Part shown: piece after piece, positions 20,449-29,203 of the stretch | Numbering within the stretch: position 1 is the first letter of the stretch | Layout: each line of letters opens with the position of its first letter | Origin: an uncultured Muribaculaceae bacterium | Lineage (GTDB): Bacteria; Bacteroidota; Bacteroidia; Bacteroidales; UBA932 | Reading direction: 5' to 3' | Assembly (NCBI GenBank): GCA_964450725.1 | Contig: CAYVGO010000005.1 | Span: 5,416 to 69,415 of the forward strand | Length of the DNA stretch: 64,000 nt | Notes under the pieces: generated by a model | What the model was told of the DNA's origin: nothing | Seen by the model: only the letters and a program-made list of their open reading frames with translations | The model's database searches: none | Program-made: the position numbers and the translations under genes

Positions 20449-21138
20449 TTACTGTACCGTCTTTACATCAATGGGTAAACTCGGACTCATTGTACTGGAT
20501 AAATAGATTGATTTAATGTAAGTTCCTTTGGTGGTAGAGGGTTTTAATTTGATAATCGTATTTAAAAGTTCGATTGTATTATCTGCCAATTTCTGGCTAT
20601 CAAAACTTACTCGACCAATACTTGTATGTACAATACCTGTTTTATCAACTTTAAAATCAATTTTACCTGATTTTATATCTAATACTGCTTTACCTACATC
20701 CATTGTTACCGTACCTGTTTTAGGATTAGGCATCAACCCTCTGGGACCTAAAATCTTTCCTAAGGCGCCTAACTTACCCATTACTGAGGGCATGGTAATA
20801 ATAACATCAACATCTGTCCATCCTGCTTTAATTTTGTTGATATACTCATCTAATCCTACATAATCTGCTCCGGCTTCTTTAGCCTCAGCTTCTTTGTCGG
20901 GAGAGCATAGTACTAATACGCGCATAACTTTGCCGGTTCCATGAGGAAGGCTTACTACACCGCGTACCATTTGATTTGCTTTTTTGGGATCTACTCCTAA
21001 ACGAACTGCTATATCTACAGAAGCATCAAAATTAGTATAAGAAATTTCTTTCACTAATTTACTGGCCTCTTCAATAGTATATAACTTATCTTTAACGAGT
21101 TTATCCGCTATTGCTTTTTGTTTTTTTGTTAACTTCAT
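20449..21138 (-). CDS. rplA: 50S ribosomal protein L1
   Basis: 229 aa; LPHGTGK motif. Confidence 0.97.
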   Translation of the reverse strand: MKLTKKQKAIADKLVKDKLYTIEEASKLVKEISYTNFDASVDIAVRLGVDPKKANQMVRGVVSLPHGTGKVMRVLVLCSPDKEAEAKEAGADYVGLDEYINKIKAGWTDVDVIITMPSVMGKLGALGKILGPRGLMPNPKTGTVTMDVGKAVLDIKSGKIDFKVDKTGIVHTSIGRVSFDSQKLADNTIELLNTIIKLKPSTTKGTYIKSIYLSSTMSPSLPIDVKTVQ

Positions 21139-21168
21139 TGCTTTCTAAAAATTAAGTAACGAAATCCT

Positions 21169-21606
21169 TTAACCCGGAAATTCACCTTTGACTTCAATGC
21201 CCATACTTCGCGCAGTCCCTGCAACCATTCTCATGGCTGCTTCTACTGTAAATGCATTCATATCGGGCATTTTTTCCTGTGCAATTTGGCGAACTTGTTC
21301 CCATGTTACCGAAGCCACTTTTTTGCGATTCGGCTCCGCAGAACCTGAAGAAATCTTTGCCATTTCTTTCAACTGTACTGCCACAGGGGGTTCTTTAATA
21401 ATGAATTCAAACGATTTATCGGTGTACACCGTAATAACAACAGGTAAAACTTTCCCGGCTTTATTTTGTGTACGAGCGTTAAACTGCTTGCAAAAATCCA
21501 TAATATTTACTCCCTTAGATCCTAATGCAGGACCTATGGGTGGCGAAGGATTTGCTGCACCTCCTTTGACTTGCAATTTAATGAATCCGCTTATTTCTTT
21601 TGCCAT
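21169..21606 (-). CDS. rplK: 50S ribosomal protein L11
   Basis: 145 aa; PPIGPALG motif. Confidence 0.97.
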   Translation of the reverse strand: MAKEISGFIKLQVKGGAANPSPPIGPALGSKGVNIMDFCKQFNARTQNKAGKVLPVVITVYTDKSFEFIIKEPPVAVQLKEMAKISSGSAEPNRKKVASVTWEQVRQIAQEKMPDMNAFTVEAAMRMVAGTARSMGIEVKGEFPG

Positions 21607-21693
21607 ATTCTCAGTGCTGTTTAAACATTATGATATATTGTTTGGTGGAAGCCCAAATATATCGTTATATAATAGTGTGCGTAACTGCCTTAA

Positions 21694-22257
21694 TTATTCT
21701 CTTTCTACTTGTAAAAAACTCAATTCTAATGGTGTTTTACGTCCAAAAATTTTCACCATCACTTTCAATTTTTTCTTATCTTCATTCACTTCCTCAATTG
21801 TTCCATAGAAACTGGCAAAAGGTCCATCAATAACTTTTACCGTTTCACCAATGCAAAATGGTTCTTCATTAACTTCTGTACTATCTAACGTTTGGTCAAA
21901 ACGACCTAACATCTTATCAACTTCTGAAGAACGTAAAGGTATTGGTTTACGTGATGTCTTTGAGCCGTCACTTAAAAATCCAATAACATTAGGTATATTG
22001 ATTAGTATATGTTCTGTTTCTCCGACTAATTGTGCTTCAATAAAAACATAACCAGGATAAAAAATACGTTCTCTATTGACTTTTTTCCCGTTGCGAATTT
22101 GAAAAACTTTATCAGAAGGAATGAGAACCTGAGACACAAGACCATCTCCTAAATGGCCTTGTTTGATATGAAGTTCAATATATTCCTTAACCTTCTTTTC
22201 TTTACCTCCAATAGTACGCAAAACATACCATTTGAATTCGTTTTCTTTTTCCGCCAT
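21694..22257 (-). CDS. nusG: Transcription termination/antitermination factor NusG
   Basis: 187 aa; WYVLRT N-terminus; C-terminal KOW (GETVKVIDGPFASFYGTI). Confidence 0.95.
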   Translation of the reverse strand: MAEKENEFKWYVLRTIGGKEKKVKEYIELHIKQGHLGDGLVSQVLIPSDKVFQIRNGKKVNRERIFYPGYVFIEAQLVGETEHILINIPNVIGFLSDGSKTSRKPIPLRSSEVDKMLGRFDQTLDSTEVNEEPFCIGETVKVIDGPFASFYGTIEEVNEDKKKLKVMVKIFGRKTPLELSFLQVERE

Positions 22258-22280
22258 AAAGCCTTTTTTTGTGTTTTAAA

Positions 22281-22466
22281 TTAATTAGCAGGAGGAAAAA
22301 ATAACTTCATAATATTTTCAAAGGATATATCCATTGTCGCAATAATAATGGCGATAATAAGAGAGGCCACCATCACTAAAACAGCACTTGATTGTAATGA
22401 AGACCACGACGGCCAACTTACTTTACCTCCAACTAATTCCTTGTAAGATTCTTTGAAATATCCCAT
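22281..22466 (-). CDS. secE: Preprotein translocase subunit SecE
   Basis: 61 aa; single TM; ELVGGKVSWPSW; position upstream of nusG. Confidence 0.9.
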   Translation of the reverse strand: MGYFKESYKELVGGKVSWPSWSSLQSSAVLVMVASLIIAIIIATMDISFENIMKLFFPPAN

Positions 22467-22503
22467 ATTTTTAATTATTGAAAATAATACAACTTTTTGC
22501 TTG

Positions 22504-22574
22504 CAGGAGCAGAGAGAATCGAACTCCCACCAGCGGTTTTGGAGACCGCTGTTCTACCATTAAACTATGCTCCT
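22504..22574 (-). tRNA. tRNA-Trp (anticodon CCA)
   Basis: Hand-folded cloverleaf: acceptor AGGAGCA/TGCTCCT, anticodon loop CTCCAAA, T-loop TTCGATT. CCA tail not encoded. Confidence 0.9.
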
Positions 22575-22577
22575 ATG

Positions 22578-22618
22578 AAAAAAGGACTATTCCTCTCTTT
22601 AACAAGAGAAATAGATCC
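22578..22618 (-). terminator. Rho-independent terminator downstream of tuf
   Basis: Minus strand reads GGATCTATTTCTCTT-GTTA-AAGAGAGGAATAGTCC followed by TTTTTT, ending 3 nt before the tRNA-Trp 5' end. Confidence 0.6.
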
Positions 22619-22642
22619 TTTATGAATAAGTTTCAAAATGAC

Positions 22643-23830
22643 TTACTTAATAATTTTTGTGATTTGACCTGCTCCAACTGTTCTACCTCCTTCTCGGATT
22701 GCAAATCTCAAACCTTCATTAATCGCTACGGGATAAATTAATGTTACATTTACATTAACATTATCTCCGGGCATTACCATTTCTACTCCTTCTGGTAAAG
22801 AAACTTCTCCAGTTACGTCTAAGGTTCTCAAATAGAACTGTGGACGATACTTATTATGGAATGGTGTATGACGACCTCCTTCTTCTTTTTTCAAGACATA
22901 TATTGATGCTTCAAATGTAGTGTGGGGTGTAATAGTTCCGGGTTTAACAATAACCATACCTCTACGGATTTCTTTTTTGTCAATACCACGTAACAATAAT
23001 CCAACATTATCTCCGGCTTCTCCTTTGTCCAAAATTTTTCTGAACATTTCTACTCCTGTACAAGTTGATTTTTTAGGTTTTTCTCCTAATCCTACAATCT
23101 CCACTTCATTACCTGTTTCAATAATTCCGGTTTCTATTCTACCTGTCGCAACTGTTCCTCTTCCGGTAATAGAAAATACATCTTCAACCGGCATCAAAAA
23201 TGGCTTATCAATATCACGTTTTGGTAATTCAATGTAAGTATCTACGGCATCCATCAACTCCATAATTTTTTCTTCCCATTTTGCATCGCCGTTTAATCCT
23301 CCTAAAGCAGAACCTCGGATAACCGGAGTATTGTCTCCATCGAATTTGTAGAAACTCAACAATTCACGTACTTCCATTTCTACTAAATCCAACATTTCAG
23401 GATCATCAACAGCATCTACTTTATTCATGAAAACCACAATACGAGGAACATTTACCTGACGTGCCAACAAAATGTGCTCACGAGTTTGAGGCATAGGTCC
23501 ATCTGTAGCCGCAACTACTAAGATTGCACCATCCATTTGTGCCGCACCTGTAACCATGTTTTTAACATAATCGGCGTGACCAGGACAATCAACGTGTGCA
23601 TAGTGACGTTTTTCCGTTTGATATTCTACGTGTGACGTATTAATGGTAATACCGCGTTCTTTTTCTTCCGGTGCGTTATCTATTGAATCGAATGAACGAA
23701 CTTCAGAAAAACCTTTTTTAGCTAATACGGTTGTAATAGCCGCGGTCAAGGTAGTTTTACCGTGGTCAACGTGTCCAATAGTACCGACATTGACGTGCGG
23801 TTTGGTTTTTTCAAATTTTTCCTTTGCCAT
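22643..23830 (-). CDS. tuf: Elongation factor Tu
   Basis: 395 aa; [18 protein letters not shown]. Confidence 0.98.
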   Translation of the reverse strand: MAKEKFEKTKPHVNVGTIGHVDHGKTTLTAAITTVLAKKGFSEVRSFDSIDNAPEEKERGITINTSHVEYQTEKRHYAHVDCPGHADYVKNMVTGAAQMDGAILVVAATDGPMPQTREHILLARQVNVPRIVVFMNKVDAVDDPEMLDLVEMEVRELLSFYKFDGDNTPVIRGSALGGLNGDAKWEEKIMELMDAVDTYIELPKRDIDKPFLMPVEDVFSITGRGTVATGRIETGIIETGNEVEIVGLGEKPKKSTCTGVEMFRKILDKGEAGDNVGLLLRGIDKKEIRRGMVIVKPGTITPHTTFEASIYVLKKEEGGRHTPFHNKYRPQFYLRTLDVTGEVSLPEGVEMVMPGDNVNVNVTLIYPVAINEGLRFAIREGGRTVGAGQITKIIK

Positions 23831-23888
23831 ATTGCGTAATATTTTTTAAATAAAAGAAACTCCAAAATTAATCATTAACAAATAAATG

Positions 23889-23960
<72 letters not shown>

Positions 23961-23970
23961 AAATAAAATT

Positions 23971-24041
23971 GTTTGACGTAGTTTGAAGTATAGTTTGAAT
24001 TTGTTCAGAGCAATTTCAAACGAAATCAAACAATTTCAAAC
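23971..24041. repeat. Symmetric array: 3 x GTTTGA then 3 x TCAAAC in the tRNA-Gly/tRNA-Thr spacer
   Basis: GTTTGA at 23971, 23981 and 23993; TCAAAC at 24016, 24026 and 24036. Confidence 0.85.
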
Positions 24042-24050
24042 TTATTTTAG

Positions 24051-24123
24051 AGCGGAAGACGAGGTTCGAACCCGCGACCCTCAGCTTGGAAGGCTGATGC
24101 TCTACCGACTGAGCTACTTCCGC
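24051..24123 (-). tRNA. tRNA-Gly (anticodon TCC)
   Basis: Acceptor GCGGAAG/CTTCCGC, anticodon loop CTTCCAA, T-loop TTCGAAC. Confidence 0.9.
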
Positions 24124-24132
24124 ATTATATCG

Positions 24133-24215
24133 TGGGGAGAGCAGGATTCGAACCTACGAAAGCTTACGCTAACAGAGTTACAGTCTGCTCCATTTGGCCA
24201 CTTTGGTATCTCCCC
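24133..24215 (-). tRNA. tRNA-Tyr (anticodon GTA), long variable arm
   Basis: Acceptor GGGGAGA/TCTCCCC, anticodon loop CTGTAAC, 83 nt with extra arm. Confidence 0.85.
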
Positions 24216-24249
24216 CCTTAATATTTCAATTTAAATCCTGAAAACTTTG

Positions 24250-24323
24250 AGCCGATGGAGGGATTCGAACCCCCGACCAGCTGATTACAAATCAGCTGCT
24301 CTGGCCAACTGAGCTACATCGGC
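24250..24323 (-). tRNA. tRNA-Thr (anticodon TGT)
   Basis: Acceptor GCCGATG/CATCGGC, anticodon loop TTTGTAA, T-loop TTCGAAT. Confidence 0.9.
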
Positions 24324-24347
24324 GGCAGTATAATTTTCAAAGAGGTG

Positions 24348-24355
24348 CAAAGGTA
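24348..24355 (-). promoter_or_regulatory. Candidate -7 box TACCTTTG for the tRNA-tuf operon
   Basis: 24 nt upstream of the tRNA-Thr(TGT) 5' end; part of an 18-mer duplicated at 25218-25235. Confidence 0.55.
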
Positions 24356-24408
24356 ATACTTTTTTTTTATCCTTCCAAATTTTACGTCCAACACTTGCTG
24401 AAAATTAT

Positions 24409-25176
24409 TTATTCTTGCTTTTTGTAGATTAGTGCTGCACCTTTAACAATTGCTGTAATTTCTTTAGTGGTTCTGTGTTGTTTATAAATCATTGTTTGAG
24501 ACTTATCTTCTTTACTTGTTTCAAGATAAGTGAATGTGTATTTGATACTATCCGTTTGAGGAATATCTTCAGTAATGTAAGTTCCTACCTTAAGTAAATC
24601 ATTACCCAATAAGGTAACTCTTTCTATAAACTTTGAAGTATTATCAATATATAATATTGAACTTGTAATGATTTGGGGAAAAAAAGCCAAGGCTTTTGTA
24701 TAACCTATAGTATCTGCTGCATCATGTATTAATGCCAGAGGTGGAAAAGTATATCCCAATTCACGCATGGTTGGAGGGGTTGTGGTAGGAATCAATGAGT
24801 CTTTTGGGGGGACTCTTTTAAGAATAGGAGCCATAGAACTCATCCTGATAGGTGTAAAATTAGGATTGACTACTTTAAATTCTTTTTCGGTGGGAGTTGC
24901 ATTTTCCACTGTAATTTTTACTTTGATGGTTCCGGGTTGTGATACTTTAATACTGTCTGAACCAACAATTTCGGCATCAGTACTTCCTTTACTTATCAAT
25001 GTAAGTACGGGAGAAACCTTACTACCCGTAACAGTAATCATGGGTTTGTTTTTTCCGACAAATAAAAATTGCTCCGGAGCATTGATAGTAATACTGTCAT
25101 CGTACTTCTTGGTTTCTGCACATTGATAAGATAAAAAGCCTATGGCACATAGAAAAAGTAAAAAATTTCTTTTCAT
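24409..25176 (-). CDS. Hypothetical lipoprotein
   Basis: 255 aa; signal peptide with lipobox-like Cys (FLCAIGFLSYQC); no family recognised. Confidence 0.7.
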   Translation of the reverse strand: MKRNFLLFLCAIGFLSYQCAETKKYDDSITINAPEQFLFVGKNKPMITVTGSKVSPVLTLISKGSTDAEIVGSDSIKVSQPGTIKVKITVENATPTEKEFKVVNPNFTPIRMSSMAPILKRVPPKDSLIPTTTPPTMRELGYTFPPLALIHDAADTIGYTKALAFFPQIITSSILYIDNTSKFIERVTLLGNDLLKVGTYITEDIPQTDSIKYTFTYLETSKEDKSQTMIYKQHRTTKEITAIVKGAALIYKKQE

Positions 25177-25226
25177 TTTGATGTATATTTAATTATTAGT
25201 ATGCGTAAAGTCCTCTTAAAGAGGTG

Positions 25227-25234
25227 CAAAAGTA
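25227..25234 (-). promoter_or_regulatory. Candidate -7 box TACTTTTG for the 255-aa lipoprotein gene
   Basis: Minus strand reads TTACTTTTGCACCTCTTT, 17/18 identical to the tRNA-operon promoter module. Confidence 0.5.
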
Positions 25235-25309
25235 AGTTTTTTACTGCAATAATCCTAATGACATTTTGATTAAATAGATTATTGAATATTCGTTATATTA
25301 ATTTAGATT

Positions 25310-25323
25310 TTGTAATTTTACAA
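25310..25323. promoter_or_regulatory. FNR/CRP-geometry palindrome TTGTA-N4-TACAA
   Basis: TTGTAATTTTACAA, 6+6 perfect dyad, 27 nt upstream of the ATG of the YgbA-like gene. Confidence 0.4.
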
Positions 25324-25350
25324 TATGCGTGACTCTCAACATAGAACGAA

Positions 25351-25656
25351 ATGAATAATTCATTACTCAGAAAACAACATTATGATAAAAAAGTAATGCG
25401 TATCATGATTTCAATGTATTGTCGTCGAAAGCACAAAACCAATATACTATGTCAAGATTGTTGCAACTTGTCAACTTACGCTTCCCATAAAATTGATAAA
25501 TGCCCGTTAGGGCTTCATAAAACCTCTTGCCAAGACTGTAAAATTCATTGTTATACACCGGAAATGCGCGATAAAATAAAAAAAGTAATGCGATTTGCCG
25601 GTCCAAGAATGCTTTTTTTACACCCTCTTATAGCCATTTATCATTTGTTAAAATAA
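25351..25656 (+). CDS. Nitrous-oxide-stimulated promoter (YgbA_NO) family Cys-rich protein
   Basis: 101 aa; Cys pattern CRRKH...CQDCC...CP...CQDCKIHCY typical of the family (recognised by eye). Confidence 0.75.
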   Translation: MNNSLLRKQHYDKKVMRIMISMYCRRKHKTNILCQDCCNLSTYASHKIDKCPLGLHKTSCQDCKIHCYTPEMRDKIKKVMRFAGPRMLFLHPLIAIYHLLK

Positions 25657-25771
25657 ATAACTTAGCAGAAAGCGAAAAAGAGCAAAGCGAATCGGAAAAA
25701 ATATAGTTCTATTTCATTGGTTATTAAGCAAAAAGGTGTGAAGTTGGTGAATAATTAACCTCAGTTTTTTG

Positions 25772-25779
25772 TACCTTTG
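25772..25779 (+). promoter_or_regulatory. Candidate -7 box TACCTTTG for the Crp/Fnr gene
   Basis: 21 nt upstream of ATG 25801; overlaps the TTG start used by the ORF track (25777). Confidence 0.5.
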
Positions 25780-25800
25780 TATTCACAAACGGATTATAGT

Positions 25801-26370
25801 ATGGTAAATTTCAATGAATACATGAATGTGATTGACTTCTCGGAGTTTAGGAAACTATTTTTAGAAAAAGGGAAACCAGTAAAGATTAAAAAAAAAGATT
25901 ATTTTGTTAGACAGAATGAGTCATGTAAATATGTGGGGTTTATCGAAAGTGGAATATTTAGATACACTCGAATTGACAGTATTGGCAAGAATCATATTGT
26001 TGGTTATAGTTTTACTGATGATTTTGTGTGGGACTATCCGTCACTAATTAAAAAATCAAACTCCTTATCAAATGCCCAAGCAATAACAGACTGTAGAGTA
26101 TATCTACTATCTATAAAAGAACTGAATAATTATTGGGAAATCAGTATGGATACTCAACGCTTTGGTAGATTAATTGCAGAAGAGATGTTTGTAGAGATGT
26201 ACGGACGACTACTTGACTTCTATTGCGATACAGCAGAACAGCGTTACATTGCACTATTACAGCGTTGCCCCAATTTATTGCAGTATATTACTCTAAAGGA
26301 AATAGCATCTTTTCTTGGGGTAACCCCCGAAACCATTAGTCATATACGAAGAAAATTACGGGAAGAATGA
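25801..26370 (+). CDS. Crp/Fnr-family transcriptional regulator
   Basis: cNMP-binding-like N-domain and C-terminal HTH (LKEIASFLGVTPETISHIRRKL). ATG 25801 preferred over track TTG 25777. Confidence 0.8.
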   Translation: MVNFNEYMNVIDFSEFRKLFLEKGKPVKIKKKDYFVRQNESCKYVGFIESGIFRYTRIDSIGKNHIVGYSFTDDFVWDYPSLIKKSNSLSNAQAITDCRVYLLSIKELNNYWEISMDTQRFGRLIAEEMFVEMYGRLLDFYCDTAEQRYIALLQRCPNLLQYITLKEIASFLGVTPETISHIRRKLREE

Positions 26371-26411
26371 AAGTCTTGAATTACTTCAAGACTTTTTTCA
26401 TTGAGTATTCC

Positions 26412-26419
26412 TAACTTTG
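26412..26419 (+). promoter_or_regulatory. Candidate -7 box TAACTTTG
   Basis: 25 nt upstream of ATG 26445. Confidence 0.45.
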
Positions 26420-26444
26420 TGCCATTTATAATAAGCATATAGTT

Positions 26445-27266
26445 ATGAAAACAAAAAACAAATTAAGCCTATCATTGAGCATTTTACTAATGTCCCTATT
26501 TGTTATTTCTACTACAGGATGTAGTAAAGATGATGATAACAAGCCTATTCAATTGTATTATGCCATTTACAATGACAAGTCAAATCCGGTAGAAAACAAT
26601 CGGGTTAGTTTGTTGTTTCCCACATCTGACAAAACGCAATTAATAATTTCCGGCGGTGATGGTCATTATGCTATCAGTAACTCGGACGAAACGGTAGTTA
26701 ATGTTACTATGGAGAGTAAGCAGATTAACATCGCTCCGCTCTCTATAGGGAATTCGACTGTCATCATTACCGATAATTCAGGAGGTTTATACACTCTAAA
26801 TATCGAGGTTCTCTATCGTAAATCAAATTTAATCATTGATAAACAGGATGTAATAGTAATTGGAGACAAACTCTCCGAGATCCAAAAAACAGAGATCCAA
26901 CAGAAAGCAGTCTTAACTTTGCCCGTTAAAGTAAACGGAGGGTTTTCATTTATCTACAATGTAGATCAGCAGCGAGGAGACGTGTTGATTTACAAAGATA
27001 AATATGGCGAAAATGGCATTCAAAGCACTTTTGAAGAGAAGTATACCGAAACTGCGAGTGTGGGATACCGTTCATTTGTAATTCAAATTGACGGAAAGAA
27101 ACGAGAGTTTGTTTTAGACCGTTACAATGCTCCAATACCCAAAAGCAGTATGATTGTTCCGATCGCTTTTATAGAAATATTAACTGACCAATTCAAAGCA
27201 GAATATCCAGATGTGGAGTCGGTCTATACACAACAACGGCTGATAAGCCCCAAATTAGAATATTGA
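26445..27266 (+). CDS. Hypothetical lipoprotein
   Basis: 273 aa; signal peptide plus lipobox (VISTTGCSKDDD); no family recognised. Confidence 0.7.
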   Translation: MKTKNKLSLSLSILLMSLFVISTTGCSKDDDNKPIQLYYAIYNDKSNPVENNRVSLLFPTSDKTQLIISGGDGHYAISNSDETVVNVTMESKQINIAPLSIGNSTVIITDNSGGLYTLNIEVLYRKSNLIIDKQDVIVIGDKLSEIQKTEIQQKAVLTLPVKVNGGFSFIYNVDQQRGDVLIYKDKYGENGIQSTFEEKYTETASVGYRSFVIQIDGKKREFVLDRYNAPIPKSSMIVPIAFIEILTDQFKAEYPDVESVYTQQRLISPKLEY

Positions 27267-27550
27267 CAAACAAGAGCATTTTCTTGTTCGCGAAAAACCG
27301 TAATGTACTCTCTCAACATTCTATAATGCTTATTTATCTTGAGGATACTATCTTCAAAAGTATATATTTTCTATTTTGCTCAATAAAACTCAATATTTAC
27401 TTGCAAAAAAGTTTGTTGAGCAACTTATCGGCGACGAGATAGAGCCATTACGCACAACGTCTTTACTTCACTATCGGTTAATTTTCGACAGAAATTCGCA
27501 AATCAACTCTGTGTTAAATATAAAGTATTTAACAGATAAAATCTTTTCTA

Positions 27551-27669
27551 CGGTCGCAGATGAATTTCTGTCAGGTTCCGAGTAAATTTCTGTCAGGTCG
27601 AAAATAAATTTCCGACGGGTCGCAGATAAATTTCTGTCAGGTGAGAAATTTATCTGCGACCCGTCGGAA
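27551..27669. repeat. 22-bp phased direct repeats (AATTTCTGTCAGGT) merging into a perfect 26-bp inverted repeat
   Basis: 14-mers at 27563, 27585, 27607 (variant) and 27629; 25-mers 27552-27576 and 27618-27642 match 24/25; inverted-repeat arms 27610-27635 and 27644-27669 with an 8-nt loop. Confidence 0.9.
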
Positions 27670-27756
27670 GTTCACATGCAACCGATTGTAATTTTTATTA
27701 ACGAAATTATACTTAAATAACGTTGTTTTGGAGTTTAATTTTGCTTGGGGACAAAA

Positions 27757-27789
27757 CAAAAACGGGTTACATGACATAACCCGTTTTAT
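27757..27789. terminator. Bidirectional rho-independent terminator (serves the MFS transporter gene)
   Basis: AAAACGGGTTA-catgaca-TAACCCGTTTT, with an A-run on the left and a T-run on the right. Confidence 0.7.
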
Positions 27790-27808
27790 ATGATTTCTGT
27801 AGATTTTG

Positions 27809-29092
27809 TTATTCTACAGGAATATTTTTATTGACATTTTTACTGCCAATCAGTGCGTAATAAATCATGTAAATACATCCCGCAAAAATTACCCAGTAAC
27901 TTGCCATAAAATTAGTCATATCTGCTACTTGTCCTTGTATCAATGGCAATATTCCTCCTCCGCAAACCATAACCATAAAGATTCCGGATGCCATTGCAGT
28001 ATATTTTTTACCTAACCCTTCAACGGCTAAGTTGAAAATACCACCCCACATTACTGAGGTACACAATCCGCAAAGTACAAAGAAAAACACACTCATAGGC
28101 ACATCTACAAATCCAAAGGAGATGTCTTTTTGAAATACGGGCATATTGATGGTTGAAGATACCGGTAAAAATATTCCTATCAAAACCAATACTGCGGCAA
28201 TGGAAGATACTGTGGTTAACATGGCTTTAGATGAAAATTTTGCGGCTAATATACCTCCAAAAATACGACCAATCATCATTAAGAACCAATACGTTCCTGC
28301 AACAGTTCCTGCAATTGTTTTATCTATACCCATACCAATGGTAGTGTCAGTCAAAAAAAGATTGATAAAATTTGGTATTCCAACCTCTACTCCGACATAA
28401 ATAAAAATTGCGATGGCTCCTAATACGAAATGTCTAAAAGATAAAGGAGAATATTGATCTTTCACCTTGCTTGCTTTTTCAACTTCTTTGTGAGGTTCAG
28501 GAATTTGAACCGATGCCAATACTATAAATGCCAAAGCAAAGATAACCAAAGCAATATAAAGTGCAGGGTTTGCCTGGTCAATGGTCGGCTTGACAGCGTT
28601 TCCGATAAGGTAACCTACCAATACGGGAACAATTGTTGCAGAAAGAGAATTGATAGAGCCGCCGAATTGTATCAATTGATTTCCTTTGTTACCTCCGCCG
28701 CCAAGGGTATTTAAAAGCGGATTAACAACGGTGTTCAACATACACATAGAGAAACCTCCTACAAAAGCTCCGGTAAGATATACGCCAAAACTTTCTGCGA
28801 CACCTGATAAAAACATAATTCCAACACCAACAAACCCTACAACAATAGCAATGAGTGCAGTCTTTTTGTAACCTATTCTTTTAAGGAGTAATCCGGCGGG
28901 AATACCCATAAAAGCGTAAGCTAAGAAATTGGCAAAAGTACCTAATTGGGACATGAAGTTAGATGCGCCAAATTGTTCTTTCACAATAACACCGAAAGGA
29001 TTGGATAAACCTGTTACGAATGAAATCATTGCAAAAAGTGCAAACATCATTGCAATAGGCAATACATGATTTTTGTTTGATTTTTGAGACAT
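27809..29092 (-). CDS. MFS sugar:H+ symporter, FucP/GluP family
   Basis: 427 aa; about 12 TM; N-terminus and overall sequence resemble the L-fucose / glucose-galactose permease family. Confidence 0.8.
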   Translation of the reverse strand: MSQKSNKNHVLPIAMMFALFAMISFVTGLSNPFGVIVKEQFGASNFMSQLGTFANFLAYAFMGIPAGLLLKRIGYKKTALIAIVVGFVGVGIMFLSGVAESFGVYLTGAFVGGFSMCMLNTVVNPLLNTLGGGGNKGNQLIQFGGSINSLSATIVPVLVGYLIGNAVKPTIDQANPALYIALVIFALAFIVLASVQIPEPHKEVEKASKVKDQYSPLSFRHFVLGAIAIFIYVGVEVGIPNFINLFLTDTTIGMGIDKTIAGTVAGTYWFLMMIGRIFGGILAAKFSSKAMLTTVSSIAAVLVLIGIFLPVSSTINMPVFQKDISFGFVDVPMSVFFFVLCGLCTSVMWGGIFNLAVEGLGKKYTAMASGIFMVMVCGGGILPLIQGQVADMTNFMASYWVIFAGCIYMIYYALIGSKNVNKNIPVE

Positions 29093-29125
29093 ATAAAATA
29101 AATTTTTAAGTGGGTTAAAATATTT

Positions 29126-29133
29126 GCAAATAT
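29126..29133 (-). promoter_or_regulatory. Candidate -7 box TATATTTG for the MFS transporter gene
   Basis: Plus strand reads CAAATATA; 33 nt upstream of ATG 29092. Confidence 0.45.
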
Positions 29134-29203
29134 ACGAAATAGAGATGACAGTGCAAGTTTTTAAGGATATTTATATGATAGGAAATTTCCTTTGAAGTAA
29201 AAC

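Noticed and set aside
21607-21693. Possible ribosomal-protein L1/L11 leader structure upstream of rplK
   Set aside because: I could not draw a convincing L1-binding mimic by eye. It would need a covariance-model search.
21188-21808. 206-aa plus-strand ORF
   Set aside because: It is antisense to rplK and the nusG 3' end, both of which are unambiguous.
27376-27585. 69-aa ORF in the convergent spacer
   Set aside because: It starts at TTG, has no TAnnTTTG box or recognisable domain, and its 3' end is made of the phased repeat units. It is more likely non-coding.
27563-27600. GTCAGGT(C/T)CG strings resembling the SRP RNA domain IV 5' side
   Set aside because: The motif is part of a direct repeat. 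The required GNAR tetraloop and the AGCA/GGAA symmetric-loop partners are absent, so no SRP-like fold could be drawn.
27675-27719. 14-codon hydrophobic mini-ORF (MQPIVIFINEIILK) right after the 26-bp hairpin, considered as a type I toxin
   Set aside because: It is too short for known type I toxins and I saw no ribosome-binding context. It is indistinguishable from chance in AT-rich DNA.
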